Shown: positions 1-8,109 of the stretch, in pieces
Position numbering within the stretch: the stretch's first letter is position 1
Layout of the letters: each line of letters opens with the position of its first letter
Sequence record: PP069513
Reading direction: 5' to 3' (one strand)
DNA: 49,653 nt
Origin: Escherichia phage BUCT-XGG-1
The notes under the pieces: model-generated
Database searches by the model: none
The model's input: the letters and a program-made list of their open reading frames with translations, nothing else
What the model was told of the DNA's origin: nothing
Position numbers and translations under genes: made by a program

Positions 1-46
1 CATCAAAGCGAACCTATAGCAAAGCACGGTAAACCATTGACGAGAG

Positions 47-271
47 ATGAAAATGAACCAGGATCTTAATAAAATTGCTTTCAACAATACCATCGCTGAC
101 ATTGCTGCCAAGGTCGAGCTATCCCGCAATCCCGTTAAGCAGATCGCTTCTGAGTGTGAGTTCTTCGCATTGCAGATTGAAGGTGACGAATACAAGAGAG
201 TGTTTGCAGCCCTAAGTAAATGCAAAACACGCAAAGCAATGAGTATTATCATCAATAGCACGAATTGCTAA
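47..271 (+). CDS. hypothetical early protein (74 aa)
   Basis: ORF with AGAGA-like RBS; last codons NSTNC plus TAA stop are supplied by the 19-bp box at 254-272. Confidence 0.5.
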   Translation: MKMNQDLNKIAFNNTIADIAAKVELSRNPVKQIASECEFFALQIEGDEYKRVFAALSKCKTRKAMSIIINSTNC

Positions 272-298
272 ACTAAGCCTCACGGATTGAGGCATAAT
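254..298 (+). promoter_or_regulatory. box promoter candidate (AATAGCACGAATTGCTAAA, then -10 CATAAT)
   Basis: Box 254-272, hairpin GCCTCA/TGAGGC, CATAAT at 293-298 (22-bp gap from TTGCTA); followed by leader CATCGAAACGAA and gene 337..561. Confidence 0.5.
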
Positions 299-336
299 AA
301 TTTCATCGAAACGAAGTACACAAAGAGGAAGTAAAA

Positions 337-561
337 ATGTCAGTTAAAACTCAGAACGTAGTGGCACACATCGAAGCAAAAGGCCGTGCAATCGTCAAGC
401 TGGACCGCGCCGCAGGCGTAAGCCAAATCACCATCACGCGCCGTGAGTTCGACCGCTACGTTGTTGGCACACATCCAGGCTCAATCATCCGTAGCCTTAC
501 CCGTGCTGAGATGGTAAACCTGTTAAACGATAACTCACTTTACATCAATTCCTGGAGCTAG
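337..561 (+). CDS. hypothetical protein (74 aa)
   Basis: ORF with RBS AAGAGGAAG upstream of ATG. Confidence 0.5.
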   Translation: MSVKTQNVVAHIEAKGRAIVKLDRAAGVSQITITRREFDRYVVGTHPGSIIRSLTRAEMVNLLNDNSLYINSWS

Positions 562-563
562 CA

Positions 564-779
564 GTGCATCAAGACAATTTCTGTAGCCGCCACCGCGCGG
601 CACTTGAAGCCGGACTCAATGAAGAGTGGGCGCTCAATGTTGCTTACGGATGCATCGAACTCGATGACGCATTGGGCGTTATGGATATGGATCTGGAAAG
701 CGAAGGCAACCAGTCAGTAGACGGAATCGGTGATGACTTCGACTACCGCTTAAAATTTGATGACGGCATACCGTTCTAA
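564..779 (+). CDS. small acidic protein ending in SSB-like tip (FDDGIPF)
   Basis: GTG start with GGAG RBS; very acidic; C-terminus DDGIPF resembles the SSB C-terminal tip DDDIPF. Confidence 0.5.
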   Translation: MHQDNFCSRHRAALEAGLNEEWALNVAYGCIELDDALGVMDMDLESEGNQSVDGIGDDFDYRLKFDDGIPF

Positions 780-785
780 GGAACC

Positions 786-1028
786 ATGATGAAAATTCTC
801 TGCAAAAACGTAATCACCAGCACAGACAAGAAGGTTCTTACACCATTCGTTAAAGGCTATGTATACGACGCTGAGCCGCTAATCATTAACGGTAAGACAA
901 TCCCGAACGAGTGGGTGATTAATGGCGCTGAGCGACCGCATAAGCACGATTCTGGCTGGATTGCTATCGCTGCATGGCCCAGCGGATTTGCCATCATTGG
1001 CATCGCAACGTTTGACGAGGTGAAATAA
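786..1028 (+). CDS. hypothetical protein (80 aa)
   Basis: ORF in tight early gene array. Confidence 0.45.
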   Translation: MMKILCKNVITSTDKKVLTPFVKGYVYDAEPLIINGKTIPNEWVINGAERPHKHDSGWIAIAAWPSGFAIIGIATFDEVK

Positions 1029-1186
1029 TGCTCACTCAAGCCATCCGATTTGAACTACTACGACAACTACACGATCGCGAAGCTCTCAGGTCAAGGATGG
1101 TATCCATGGAGCACCAGCGCTCAGGTTGAAGACTTGCAAAGCAGTTACGAAATCACAAAGAAAGCAATTGAGAAGGCAAAGAAGAA

Positions 1187-1444
1187 ATGAATAGAAAAAG
1201 AAGTCCAGACGGAAAATTTTCTGGTGATCCGCTACTACCTGGAGGTTTTCATAATTGCAACTCATGCGGAATTAAAAAGGAGGCTGACGATAAAAACTTT
1301 AGAACAATAAATAAAGGAAAAACATGCGAGAGCCTAAGCAAAACTTGCAGAAAATGCGAGTATCAAAAAGGAAAGGATAAACACGCAAGGAACATGAAAA
1401 ACCCTGAATTTGCAGATGCGAGAAGGGAAAGGTGCAGGAACTAG
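1187..1444 (+). CDS. Cys-rich protein (possible N-terminal part of an HNH-like gene)
   Basis: ATGA overlap with upstream frame; CxxC pairs; same reading frame as 1466..1756, separated by TAG at 1442-1444. Confidence 0.4.
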   Translation: MNRKRSPDGKFSGDPLLPGGFHNCNSCGIKKEADDKNFRTINKGKTCESLSKTCRKCEYQKGKDKHARNMKNPEFADARRERCRN

Positions 1445-1465
1445 AGGAGCAACAACAGAAGTAAG

Positions 1466-1756
1466 GTGGCGCTTAAAAATTATCAAGCAATAGATAAAAA
1501 GAAAGGACTTACATGCACCATGACAATTGATGATGTTGATGAGTTGCAGTCAATGCCATGCTACTATTGCGGAGATACGGAGCGGGTTGGTGCTGACAGG
1601 ATTGGCAACTCACTTGCTCACACGCGCAAAAACTGCCTTCCATGTTGCCCTGATTGTAATATCTGTAGGAGTAACACTTTTTCAGTTGATGAGATGATGG
1701 TGATAGGCAAAGCGATAAGACTCGTAAAGAAATCAAGAAATAGCACGAATTGCTAA
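1466..1756 (+). CDS. HNH-like endonuclease domain protein
   Basis: GTG start; Cys/His/Asn pattern CYYCG..DRI..H..N..PCC..CN; C-terminal NSTNC and stop encoded by the box. Confidence 0.45.
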   Translation: MALKNYQAIDKKKGLTCTMTIDDVDELQSMPCYYCGDTERVGADRIGNSLAHTRKNCLPCCPDCNICRSNTFSVDEMMVIGKAIRLVKKSRNSTNC

Positions 1757-1783
1757 AGCCCTTCGGGGCTTTTCCTGTATATT
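1739..1783 (+). promoter_or_regulatory. box promoter candidate (TGTATATT -10)
   Basis: Box 1739-1757, hairpin GCCCTTCGGGGC, TATATT at 1778-1783 (22-bp gap), leader CATCGAAACGAA, gene 1822. Confidence 0.5.
1758..1775 (+). terminator. intrinsic terminator-like hairpin
   Basis: GCCC TTCG GGGC followed by TTTTCC, directly after stop of 1466..1756. Confidence 0.4.
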
Positions 1784-1821
1784 CATCTCATCGAAACGAA
1801 ACACACTAAAGGAAAATAATC

Positions 1822-2175
1822 ATGGCTACCACTATCACCAAAAACTTCGTCACATCCGATAACCGCCTACTGAAAGCTCGCGTGAAAGATGAGGTAGAGC
1901 AAATCAAGGTTGATGGCAAGTGGGTTAACCTGGACGTCAAGGGGCGCTACATTAAGACCAAAACCCTTTACGTTACGAAGATTAATCACAAGTCTTCCGT
2001 TAAAAAAGACTTCACGCAAGGTAAACGCTATCAGGTTGACATGCGCGCAGGACTCGGTAGTAACGCTGGTTACATCTTCGACAACGACGGCGTAGCCTGG
2101 CAATTGTACCGCTCGGATGATGTCGGATTCGAAACAGTGTGCGGAACTTACCGATTTGAGGCGGCGTATAAATAA
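1822..2175 (+). CDS. hypothetical protein (117 aa)
   Basis: ORF with RBS AAAGGAAAA. Confidence 0.5.
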   Translation: MATTITKNFVTSDNRLLKARVKDEVEQIKVDGKWVNLDVKGRYIKTKTLYVTKINHKSSVKKDFTQGKRYQVDMRAGLGSNAGYIFDNDGVAWQLYRSDDVGFETVCGTYRFEAAYK

Positions 2176-2246
2176 GTAGCATTTTCTGGCAAGCGGTTTT
2201 ACCATAGGTGCGTTAACATTAGCGCACCAACTAAGGAGTTATTTTA

Positions 2247-3830
2247 ATGTTTGATTTCAACGAAGATAAATTGTCAATCGATCAGGTCATGGCTGTAGCA
2301 GCTGCCGATAACCTGCCACCTTTGCGCGTTGCCATCAATGCGAACGGATACAGGCAGAGCCAATCATTCTGGAAAGCCCCAACAGAAATTGACTCAGGCG
2401 GTGACAAATATCCGGTTATCTCACTTGGTAACGATTATGATGTCGTTGGTAAGCTGTCAAGCAATGCCGCTCGTTCAGTTCAGTTCCCCGAGTCGTCCGC
2501 TTACATGCATTTCCTCGGATGCATATCAGCCGCCATGCTGGGCAGATTTACGGTTGAGTATCACGGAACACAACAGCCTACCGCGCTGTACGTCGTAACC
2601 AGTCAGCCACCATCGACAGGTAAATCAGCCATCAACTCACTTTCGCTGGCCCCGATGATCGCAGAGACTGAGCGACTCAACGAGATCAGAAAGCGTGACC
2701 GCAAGAAGATTATGGCTAAGCTCTCCGCTCTATCCAAGGAGATGAAGCAGGAGAAATCACCGTCTGACATGGCGGCGCTGTTTGAGGAAAAAGAAGAACT
2801 GGAAGAAAAACTGGAGCGACTTTGTGACATCGTGTTCCCCGTATCCGACACCACGCCGGAAGGTCTTGCGCGAATCAACAACCGCCAGGGAAACTTTGCA
2901 GTGATCTCGGATGAAGCAACGAGCGTGAACTCACTGTTAGGCATGACCTATGGTGATGGCTCGAAGAAAACGAACAGCGAACTCGTTCTTAAGGCGTGGG
3001 ATGCTGGTAACGTATCTATCGCGCGTGCGAACGCAGACAATAACATGAGCTTCATTGCGATGGGCTGCATATCTGTAATTGCACAGGATGAAACGATAAA
3101 CGCGATCATGAACGCTGGCGCGCGTGGTATCGGTGTATCCGAGCGTTTCCTGCTTGTGCGTGAGAAGTCATTCCTTGGTGAGCGTGTGTTCGTAGATGAG
3201 AAAGGCGAATCAACATATGAGCCGATTGATGGCGGACTCAAGGCGGACTACTTCCGTCTGGTCCATGAGATCATGAGCGAACACGAAGTCAACCTGACAG
3301 TGAGCACGTCGGCGATGAAATATCTCAACCGTGCGCGTCAGGATATGGAACCTCACCTTGCGGACGGCGGTAAGTATTCACACACAATGCTTCGCGGCGC
3401 GCTGGGTAAGTTCGATAAGCAGGCTATCAGGATCGCGGCTGTTCTTCACACTGTGCGTAACTGGTTTAATCCCAATGGCGGGAGTCCGCAGAAGTCCAGA
3501 GAGATTGAGCTTGACACAATGCAGGAAGCAGTAATTATGTTCCAGGAACTGAGTAAGACCTATCTGTCATCTGCAAACGCTGCTGGTCATGCTGGCGACC
3601 ATGCGGAGATGAATAAGCTGATCGATATTCTGATCAAGCAAGGTAAGAACGGGAAAGGCGTTGTAGGTGTCCGATCCCTATATGAAGCGGCTCGTAAGGT
3701 TAAGCCATTCGAGGGCCAGGCTGGCGTAATGACTCGAATCAAAGACCATCTGATCCCTATGCTTGATGAGAAAAACTATACGTGCCTGATTGGTGATAAA
3801 ATTTACATTAATCCGCGACTGCTGGGGTAA
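2247..3830 (+). CDS. large early protein with P-loop-like motifs (527 aa)
   Basis: RBS AAGGAG; Walker A-like PSTGKS and Walker B-like VISDEAT; N- and C-terminal segments repeated in 47566..48123. Confidence 0.6.
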   Translation: MFDFNEDKLSIDQVMAVAAADNLPPLRVAINANGYRQSQSFWKAPTEIDSGGDKYPVISLGNDYDVVGKLSSNAARSVQFPESSAYMHFLGCISAAMLGRFTVEYHGTQQPTALYVVTSQPPSTGKSAINSLSLAPMIAETERLNEIRKRDRKKIMAKLSALSKEMKQEKSPSDMAALFEEKEELEEKLERLCDIVFPVSDTTPEGLARINNRQGNFAVISDEATSVNSLLGMTYGDGSKKTNSELVLKAWDAGNVSIARANADNNMSFIAMGCISVIAQDETINAIMNAGARGIGVSERFLLVREKSFLGERVFVDEKGESTYEPIDGGLKADYFRLVHEIMSEHEVNLTVSTSAMKYLNRARQDMEPHLADGGKYSHTMLRGALGKFDKQAIRIAAVLHTVRNWFNPNGGSPQKSREIELDTMQEAVIMFQELSKTYLSSANAAGHAGDHAEMNKLIDILIKQGKNGKGVVGVRSLYEAARKVKPFEGQAGVMTRIKDHLIPMLDEKNYTCLIGDKIYINPRLLG

Positions 3831-3833
3831 ATT

Positions 3834-4208
3834 ATGTTTCTTCTGGATCTGTACCGTTTTTGCGAAGGCTATGAAAAATTCAACCGTCAGCACCTGGCGG
3901 TATTCATATACAAGCATAGGGAGTGCGAGCGACTGGCGAAGGCTGCCGGAGTTACGCCTCGCTACTTCGCATCATCAGCATCAAAGGAGTTCATCGCAAG
4001 ATGCATGGGCGAAGGATACCTTGACGGCGTGAACAACTGGTACTGGTCCAAAGGGGCGCAAAAAAGGCCATTTGAATTTCATTTCAGGTGCTATGGCGGT
4101 GAGAAAGAACGCTATACATGGGAGATGATGAACATAGAGAAGATGAGCGATGAAGAGTCATTCGGAAAGCCAGGTCGTAATCGACGCGATAATCAGATGC
4201 AGTTCTGA
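3834..4208 (+). CDS. hypothetical protein (124 aa)
   Basis: ORF starting 4 nt after stop of 2247..3830. Confidence 0.45.
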   Translation: MFLLDLYRFCEGYEKFNRQHLAVFIYKHRECERLAKAAGVTPRYFASSASKEFIARCMGEGYLDGVNNWYWSKGAQKRPFEFHFRCYGGEKERYTWEMMNIEKMSDEESFGKPGRNRRDNQMQF

Positions 4209-4347
4209 GAATGGCATTAGTGAGGACGGGCTTAACCAAGCCCTTATCTCAATGCTTAACTCATCCATGCGCGCCGGACGACGTGATGAGCATACGTTGT
4301 GCAATAATGAAGGTGAATTGTTGCTACTGGTGCAAAGATTTGGATAA
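4150..4347 (+). CDS. possible small protein (65 aa)
   Basis: ORF ends right before the terminator hairpin; overlaps 3834..4208 by 59 nt so start is uncertain. Confidence 0.3.
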   Translation: MKSHSESQVVIDAIIRCSSENGISEDGLNQALISMLNSSMRAGRRDEHTLCNNEGELLLLVQRFG

Positions 4348-4380
4348 AAAAAGGGAGCCTTTCGGCTCCTTTTATTTTTT
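4346..4380. terminator. bidirectional intrinsic terminator
   Basis: A-run, GGAGCC TTTC GGCTCC, T-run; lies between convergent plus early genes and minus lysis genes. Confidence 0.65.
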
Positions 4381-4785
4381 GCGTCGTTCCAGCCAAATTG
4401 AAAGAGCAATCATCAGAATGCCAATGAACAGGAATACCAGTCCGGCAATCAGATTACCTTTCGAGTCATCGTTCATGATCTCAATCTTATCAGCGATGAT
4501 GGTGTCAGCCTTGATGCTTGAGGTGCTGACAGACTTCCCGTTTGACGTATCAACCTTTCCTACCTTTGAATCTTTGATAGTGGTGTCGTTGTCGTTTGAC
4601 TTATCCACCTTTCCGGTAACGCCTACCGTTTGCTTCACGTTCTCAGCCCCAGCCTGCGCACTGATTTCTGGCTTGCTGCCAATTAAACCAGTCAGCGCAG
4701 ATGTCGCCGAACAACCTGATAACACGAACAAGGCCCACACTACGAAGCCGATAACCAAAGCGCGCTGTAAATTTAGACAACTCAT
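4372..4785 (-). CDS. unimolecular spanin (lipoprotein with C-terminal TMD)
   Basis: Lipobox LSGC near N-terminus and hydrophobic C-terminal segment, last gene of lysis cassette; architecture of T1 gp11-type u-spanins. Confidence 0.6.
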   Translation of the reverse strand: MSCLNLQRALVIGFVVWALFVLSGCSATSALTGLIGSKPEISAQAGAENVKQTVGVTGKVDKSNDNDTTIKDSKVGKVDTSNGKSVSTSSIKADTIIADKIEIMNDDSKGNLIAGLVFLFIGILMIALSIWLERRKK

Positions 4786-5279
4786 TCCTGTAGCTCCTTA
4801 ACACAATATTCATATTCGAATGCCCGACGATTCTTAAGCCCCTTGGACCGCTCTTTCTTTCCGGTCTTCGGATTCTTAAAGTAAGTCCAGGCCCATAGCT
4901 GTTCGCAAGCTTCAAGTAGTTTACCATGGTTAGTAAGTCTCAGCATAGTGGAATTACGGTAAGCACCAGTACCAACGTTGAAAGTGAAGCTGTACATTGC
5001 CGCACGGAAGTGATCTGGCACGTCAACCTTGATTTGCTTATCAACTTCACGCTTGGCGATGTCTATATGCTTGTATAGCAATGCGTCGCATTCTCTTTTG
5101 GTGTACGTCTTGCCGAGAATAACGTCAGGTCCAGTGATGCCAGCGCACACCGTCCATACTCCGGCAATATCCTTATATGGCTTGTACTCAACGCCCTCAA
5201 TCTTTTCAACGAGTGAAGGCGTTAGCGATAAAGCTACACCAAAAGAAATACTAGCAAGCGTCCTGTTTACGCTCATCAT
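4782..5279 (-). CDS. endolysin, lysozyme with N-terminal SAR-type signal
   Basis: N-terminal hydrophobic stretch then E-x8-D-x5-T lysozyme catalytic pattern ([16 protein letters not shown]); ATGA overlap with holin. Confidence 0.75.
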   Translation of the reverse strand: MMSVNRTLASISFGVALSLTPSLVEKIEGVEYKPYKDIAGVWTVCAGITGPDVILGKTYTKRECDALLYKHIDIAKREVDKQIKVDVPDHFRAAMYSFTFNVGTGAYRNSTMLRLTNHGKLLEACEQLWAWTYFKNPKTGKKERSKGLKNRRAFEYEYCVKELQE

Positions 5280-5494
5280 TATTTACCCCTTAGTTTAAGC
5301 GCCGTCGGCAAGTCTCCTGAGTCAAGCGCCTGACGAATGGCTTTGCTATCCTGATATTTCCAGTAAGCACCCCAAATGCCAAAACAAAAGAACAGGATGA
5401 ACGTCGCCCCCGCAATCGCCAGTTGGCCCGTCGCAGCGACAGCGAAAGATGCTCCGCCAGTGCCAGCCGTTACAGTGTTTAATACCTCTTTCAT
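5279..5494 (-). CDS. holin (pinholin-like, 71 aa)
   Basis: Two hydrophobic helices and charged C-terminus, directly upstream of SAR endolysin; start taken at MKEVL with GGTGG RBS. Confidence 0.55.
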   Translation of the reverse strand: MKEVLNTVTAGTGGASFAVAATGQLAIAGATFILFFCFGIWGAYWKYQDSKAIRQALDSGDLPTALKLRGK

Positions 5495-5574
5495 ATGATC
5501 CACCATTTATGTAATTGTCAATATCTCAGTTAGTAAAAAATATAATACATTAGCACAGTATGAAAAAGAAGCGC

Positions 5575-5599
5575 AAAAAAAGGGAGCCTAAAGGCTCCC
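5575..5599 (-). terminator. intrinsic terminator
   Basis: Minus strand GGGAGCC TTTA GGCTCCC followed by T7. Confidence 0.6.
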
Positions 5600-5626
5600 C
5601 GTGCGTAACGTTATGTTTTTATTGCG

Positions 5627-5800
5627 CTAGTCAGCGATAATAAATTCAACCAGCGCACCATCAATCGGCGCAAAAATCCACGTCATATCGTCGCCGTAAA
5701 TCTTGTAGTTACCGTCACCTTGATACTCGGCGCTGTACGGATTGTTGACAGTGAAAGGCAGGGTTTTAGATGTGTTCTTAACGCAAAATAATTTAACCAT
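5627..5800 (-). CDS. small hypothetical protein (57 aa)
   Basis: Unlisted ORF MVKLFCVKNT... with RBS AAGAGGA, between box promoter and terminator. Confidence 0.4.
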   Translation of the reverse strand: MVKLFCVKNTSKTLPFTVNNPYSAEYQGDGNYKIYGDDMTWIFAPIDGALVEFIIAD

Positions 5801-5827
5801 GATTGAATCCTCTTTGAGTGAGATATG

Positions 5828-5873
5828 AATATAGCGCCTTCCGGCGCTATAGTGTTAGGCAATTCGTGCTATC
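5828..5873 (-). promoter_or_regulatory. box promoter candidate (variant ATAGCACGAATTGCCTAA)
   Basis: Box 5855-5873 abutting TGA stop of 5872..7014; hairpin GCGCC GGAA GGCGC; TATATT at 5828-5833 (23-bp gap). Confidence 0.45.
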
Positions 5874-7014
5874 AGATGTCGCTCATTTCAGGACGGTAAA
5901 CAAATCGACCTACTTCGCCGAACTCCTTGGAGTAGACGATTACCGCCGCCTGGCGATACGAGCGCCAACCGCCGCGCGCCGCATAGGCATCTTTCGCGCC
6001 CAACTGACCATGAACCTCATCAATGCCAAGTGTACCCTCAGTGATCGTCTGGTGATGCCAGTGCCCCGAGTGAGTGTAAATATATTTGCTCGTACCGAAC
6101 TCTTCGCGGAAGTCAGTAGCCATTGCCGCCAGTCGAGTATCTGCTTTCTTCATGGTGTGACCATGAGTGTATCCCAGCAATGTTTTGCCCCACTTGGTAC
6201 GGTGAAGAATCATAGGAGATGTATCAACCGTTACACGCACCTCATCTTCAAAGTATGCCGCCATTGCAGCGCGGAGCCAAATCATACCAGCCTGGTCATG
6301 GTTTCCTTCAATGATCTGAATTTCGACCTCTTCGTGCTTATCCAGCATTAGCGCCACCGCGCGGCGTACGGAACGGATTGCAACGTGAACTAGCTTGGCG
6401 TATCGACTATCCTGATCCAGTACGTGACCGCTTGCAGGCGTTACTGCGTCCAGGCCATCAGAGTGAAGGAAGTCACCGCCGATTAACAGGACTGCTTTCT
6501 TAGCCTTCGGAGATACGCCGACAGAATAATCAAAGAAGTTTTTCAGTACTTTCTCTGAGATGTCGGTGCTGTAGTTCTCACCGCATTCATGCTTGTGTGC
6601 CATAGCGCCAATATGAAGATCGAATACCGGATAGAGCGCCAGGAGATTTTCATCGTAGTGAGGTTCGCCAAGGATAGGCTGAGCCGCCGCGCGTGGTAGT
6701 TCATCACAGAATGCTTCAATTGCAGCATCCATCATGGCGGCTAACTTTTCCTTGTCCTGATCGGTCTTAACCCAGCGCACAACCTCAGAACCGTCAGCGC
6801 GAATCATAGTTGATGTACCTTTAACCTGAAAACCCTCTGGTACGTGTACTCTTACGTGTTTATTTCCGTGGAACTCACCGCGCTTTGCCAGGCGGCTTGA
6901 GCGCTGCTCAACAGTTCGAATGTTCATCCCGTATTCCTGGGCGATTTGGCGCAGTGTTTTACCAGCTTCGCGTTCAGCAATGAATTGTTCGTCAGTGATT
7001 TTTTGAATAGCCAT
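5872..7014 (-). CDS. metallophosphoesterase with N-terminal HTH
   Basis: Motifs DLHIG, GGDFLHSD, GNHD, GHTH, GHWHH (calcineurin-like, SbcD/Mre11-like order); N-terminal TLRQIAQEYGMNIRTVEQR helix-turn-helix. Confidence 0.65.
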   Translation of the reverse strand: MAIQKITDEQFIAEREAGKTLRQIAQEYGMNIRTVEQRSSRLAKRGEFHGNKHVRVHVPEGFQVKGTSTMIRADGSEVVRWVKTDQDKEKLAAMMDAAIEAFCDELPRAAAQPILGEPHYDENLLALYPVFDLHIGAMAHKHECGENYSTDISEKVLKNFFDYSVGVSPKAKKAVLLIGGDFLHSDGLDAVTPASGHVLDQDSRYAKLVHVAIRSVRRAVALMLDKHEEVEIQIIEGNHDQAGMIWLRAAMAAYFEDEVRVTVDTSPMILHRTKWGKTLLGYTHGHTMKKADTRLAAMATDFREEFGTSKYIYTHSGHWHHQTITEGTLGIDEVHGQLGAKDAYAARGGWRSYRQAAVIVYSKEFGEVGRFVYRPEMSDI

Positions 7015-7097
7015 TTTTATAAATCCTTATCGTGTTAGTAAGTAGATGATAATAAAACCAATTAGCGTCGGTAATAATACATGAATTAAGCAGCGCA

Positions 7098-7349
7098 TCA
7101 AATCTTTTTCAACCATGTTGTTAAAGTATCTGGATCAACCGCTTCACCTGCACTCTCTGATTCACTGGGAACCATCATACCAGTTGAAGGGCTAAAATAC
7201 ATCAGGCGATAGCCGCCACCGCGCGAACATGGCACATCTTCGAAGTCAGAAGGCAACCAGTCAGCGAAAGGGATGATCGCGAACGTCTCATTGTTGTTGC
7301 TGCAAGTCGGATATTTGTCAGCGTCAAAATCAAGGCCTGGTAAGTTCAT
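7098..7349 (-). CDS. hypothetical protein (83 aa)
   Basis: ORF in operon, ATGA-type overlap with upstream gene. Confidence 0.4.
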   Translation of the reverse strand: MNLPGLDFDADKYPTCSNNNETFAIIPFADWLPSDFEDVPCSRGGGYRLMYFSPSTGMMVPSESESAGEAVDPDTLTTWLKKI

Positions 7350-7591
7350 TTATATCTTCTCTCTGCGTCTTTCGTTGCTTGAATGCAGGCCTTGTAGTCA
7401 ATCTTCACCGGATTTGCCGGAACCCTGATCAGCTTACGTGGCCTTTCGTGTATATACGTCATCTTTCCGTTGAAAATGACGCATATATCTTTAATATCGA
7501 AATACTTTGCTATAAGAGCAATATCATCACTTATGCCTGCCTCCTTGCAGTGATCCCAAACAGCCTGACGACCTACCTCAACAGTTACCAT
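7346..7591 (-). CDS. hypothetical protein
   Basis: Start moved to internal Met (MVTVEVG) with AGGGAG RBS to avoid a 95-nt overlap. Confidence 0.4.
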   Translation of the reverse strand: MVTVEVGRQAVWDHCKEAGISDDIALIAKYFDIKDICVIFNGKMTYIHERPRKLIRVPANPVKIDYKACIQATKDAERRYK

Positions 7592-7811
7592 AAATGTCAA
7601 AGCTCCCTGACATGGCTTGATAGTCAGCCACTGGCAAATGACCATAAGCGCCCTTGAGATAAGTAACGGCAATCACTTCGTCAAGCCCACCATCCTTTCC
7701 AAGTGCCAGCGCTTCACTTGCGCACTCATTAGCCAGACGGAGCAGATGCGGTAATAAAACTTTATTGCGGCCTGCTGCGTGATTGTAGGTGCTAAAAGGT
7801 TGCTTCTTCAT
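7578..7811 (-). CDS. hypothetical protein (77 aa)
   Basis: ORF with RBS GAGGAA, first gene after box promoter at 7842-7886. Confidence 0.4.
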   Translation of the reverse strand: MKKQPFSTYNHAAGRNKVLLPHLLRLANECASEALALGKDGGLDEVIAVTYLKGAYGHLPVADYQAMSGSFDIYGNC

Positions 7812-7841
7812 GATGATTCCTCGTCTCGTTGGTATGAAAGA

Positions 7842-7886
7842 AGTATACCCGCGCGGTGGCGGGTATGTTTAGCAATTCGTGCTATT
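7842..7886 (-). promoter_or_regulatory. box promoter candidate
   Basis: Box 7868-7886 containing TAG stop of 7882..8109; TATACT at 7842-7847 (22-bp gap). Confidence 0.45.
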
Positions 7887-8109
7887 CTGCGAAATATTCG
7901 GGGCAATCTCGCTTATAGTCTTCCATATCCTTTCGTATTGCAGCGCGCCATGATGATACTGACTGATCTTTCAACTCATCAAATGACATATCAAGATCAC
8001 CTGAGAATAACCACGCATCACCTTTGAACCCTGAACTTGTTAACTCATCGCAAACGATAGCACGAAATAAATGAAATTGATTACTTGATTTTACGCTCAT
8101 CTTAAACAC
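7882..8109 (-). CDS. hypothetical protein (75 aa)
   Basis: ORF overlapping end of methyltransferase gene. Confidence 0.4.
   Translation of the reverse strand: MFKMSVKSSNQFHLFRAIVCDELTSSGFKGDAWLFSGDLDMSFDELKDQSVSSWRAAIRKDMEDYKRDCPEYFAE

Noticed and set aside
254-272. NSTNC as a protein-level C-terminal tag
   Set aside because: The same 19-bp box occurs in other reading frames and in non-coding positions, so the shared peptide is a by-product of a DNA-level element.
4211-4801. 196-aa plus-strand ORF running through the terminator and antisense to the spanin gene
   Set aside because: Crosses a strong terminator hairpin and overlaps a well-supported minus-strand gene; no RBS; likely chance ORF.
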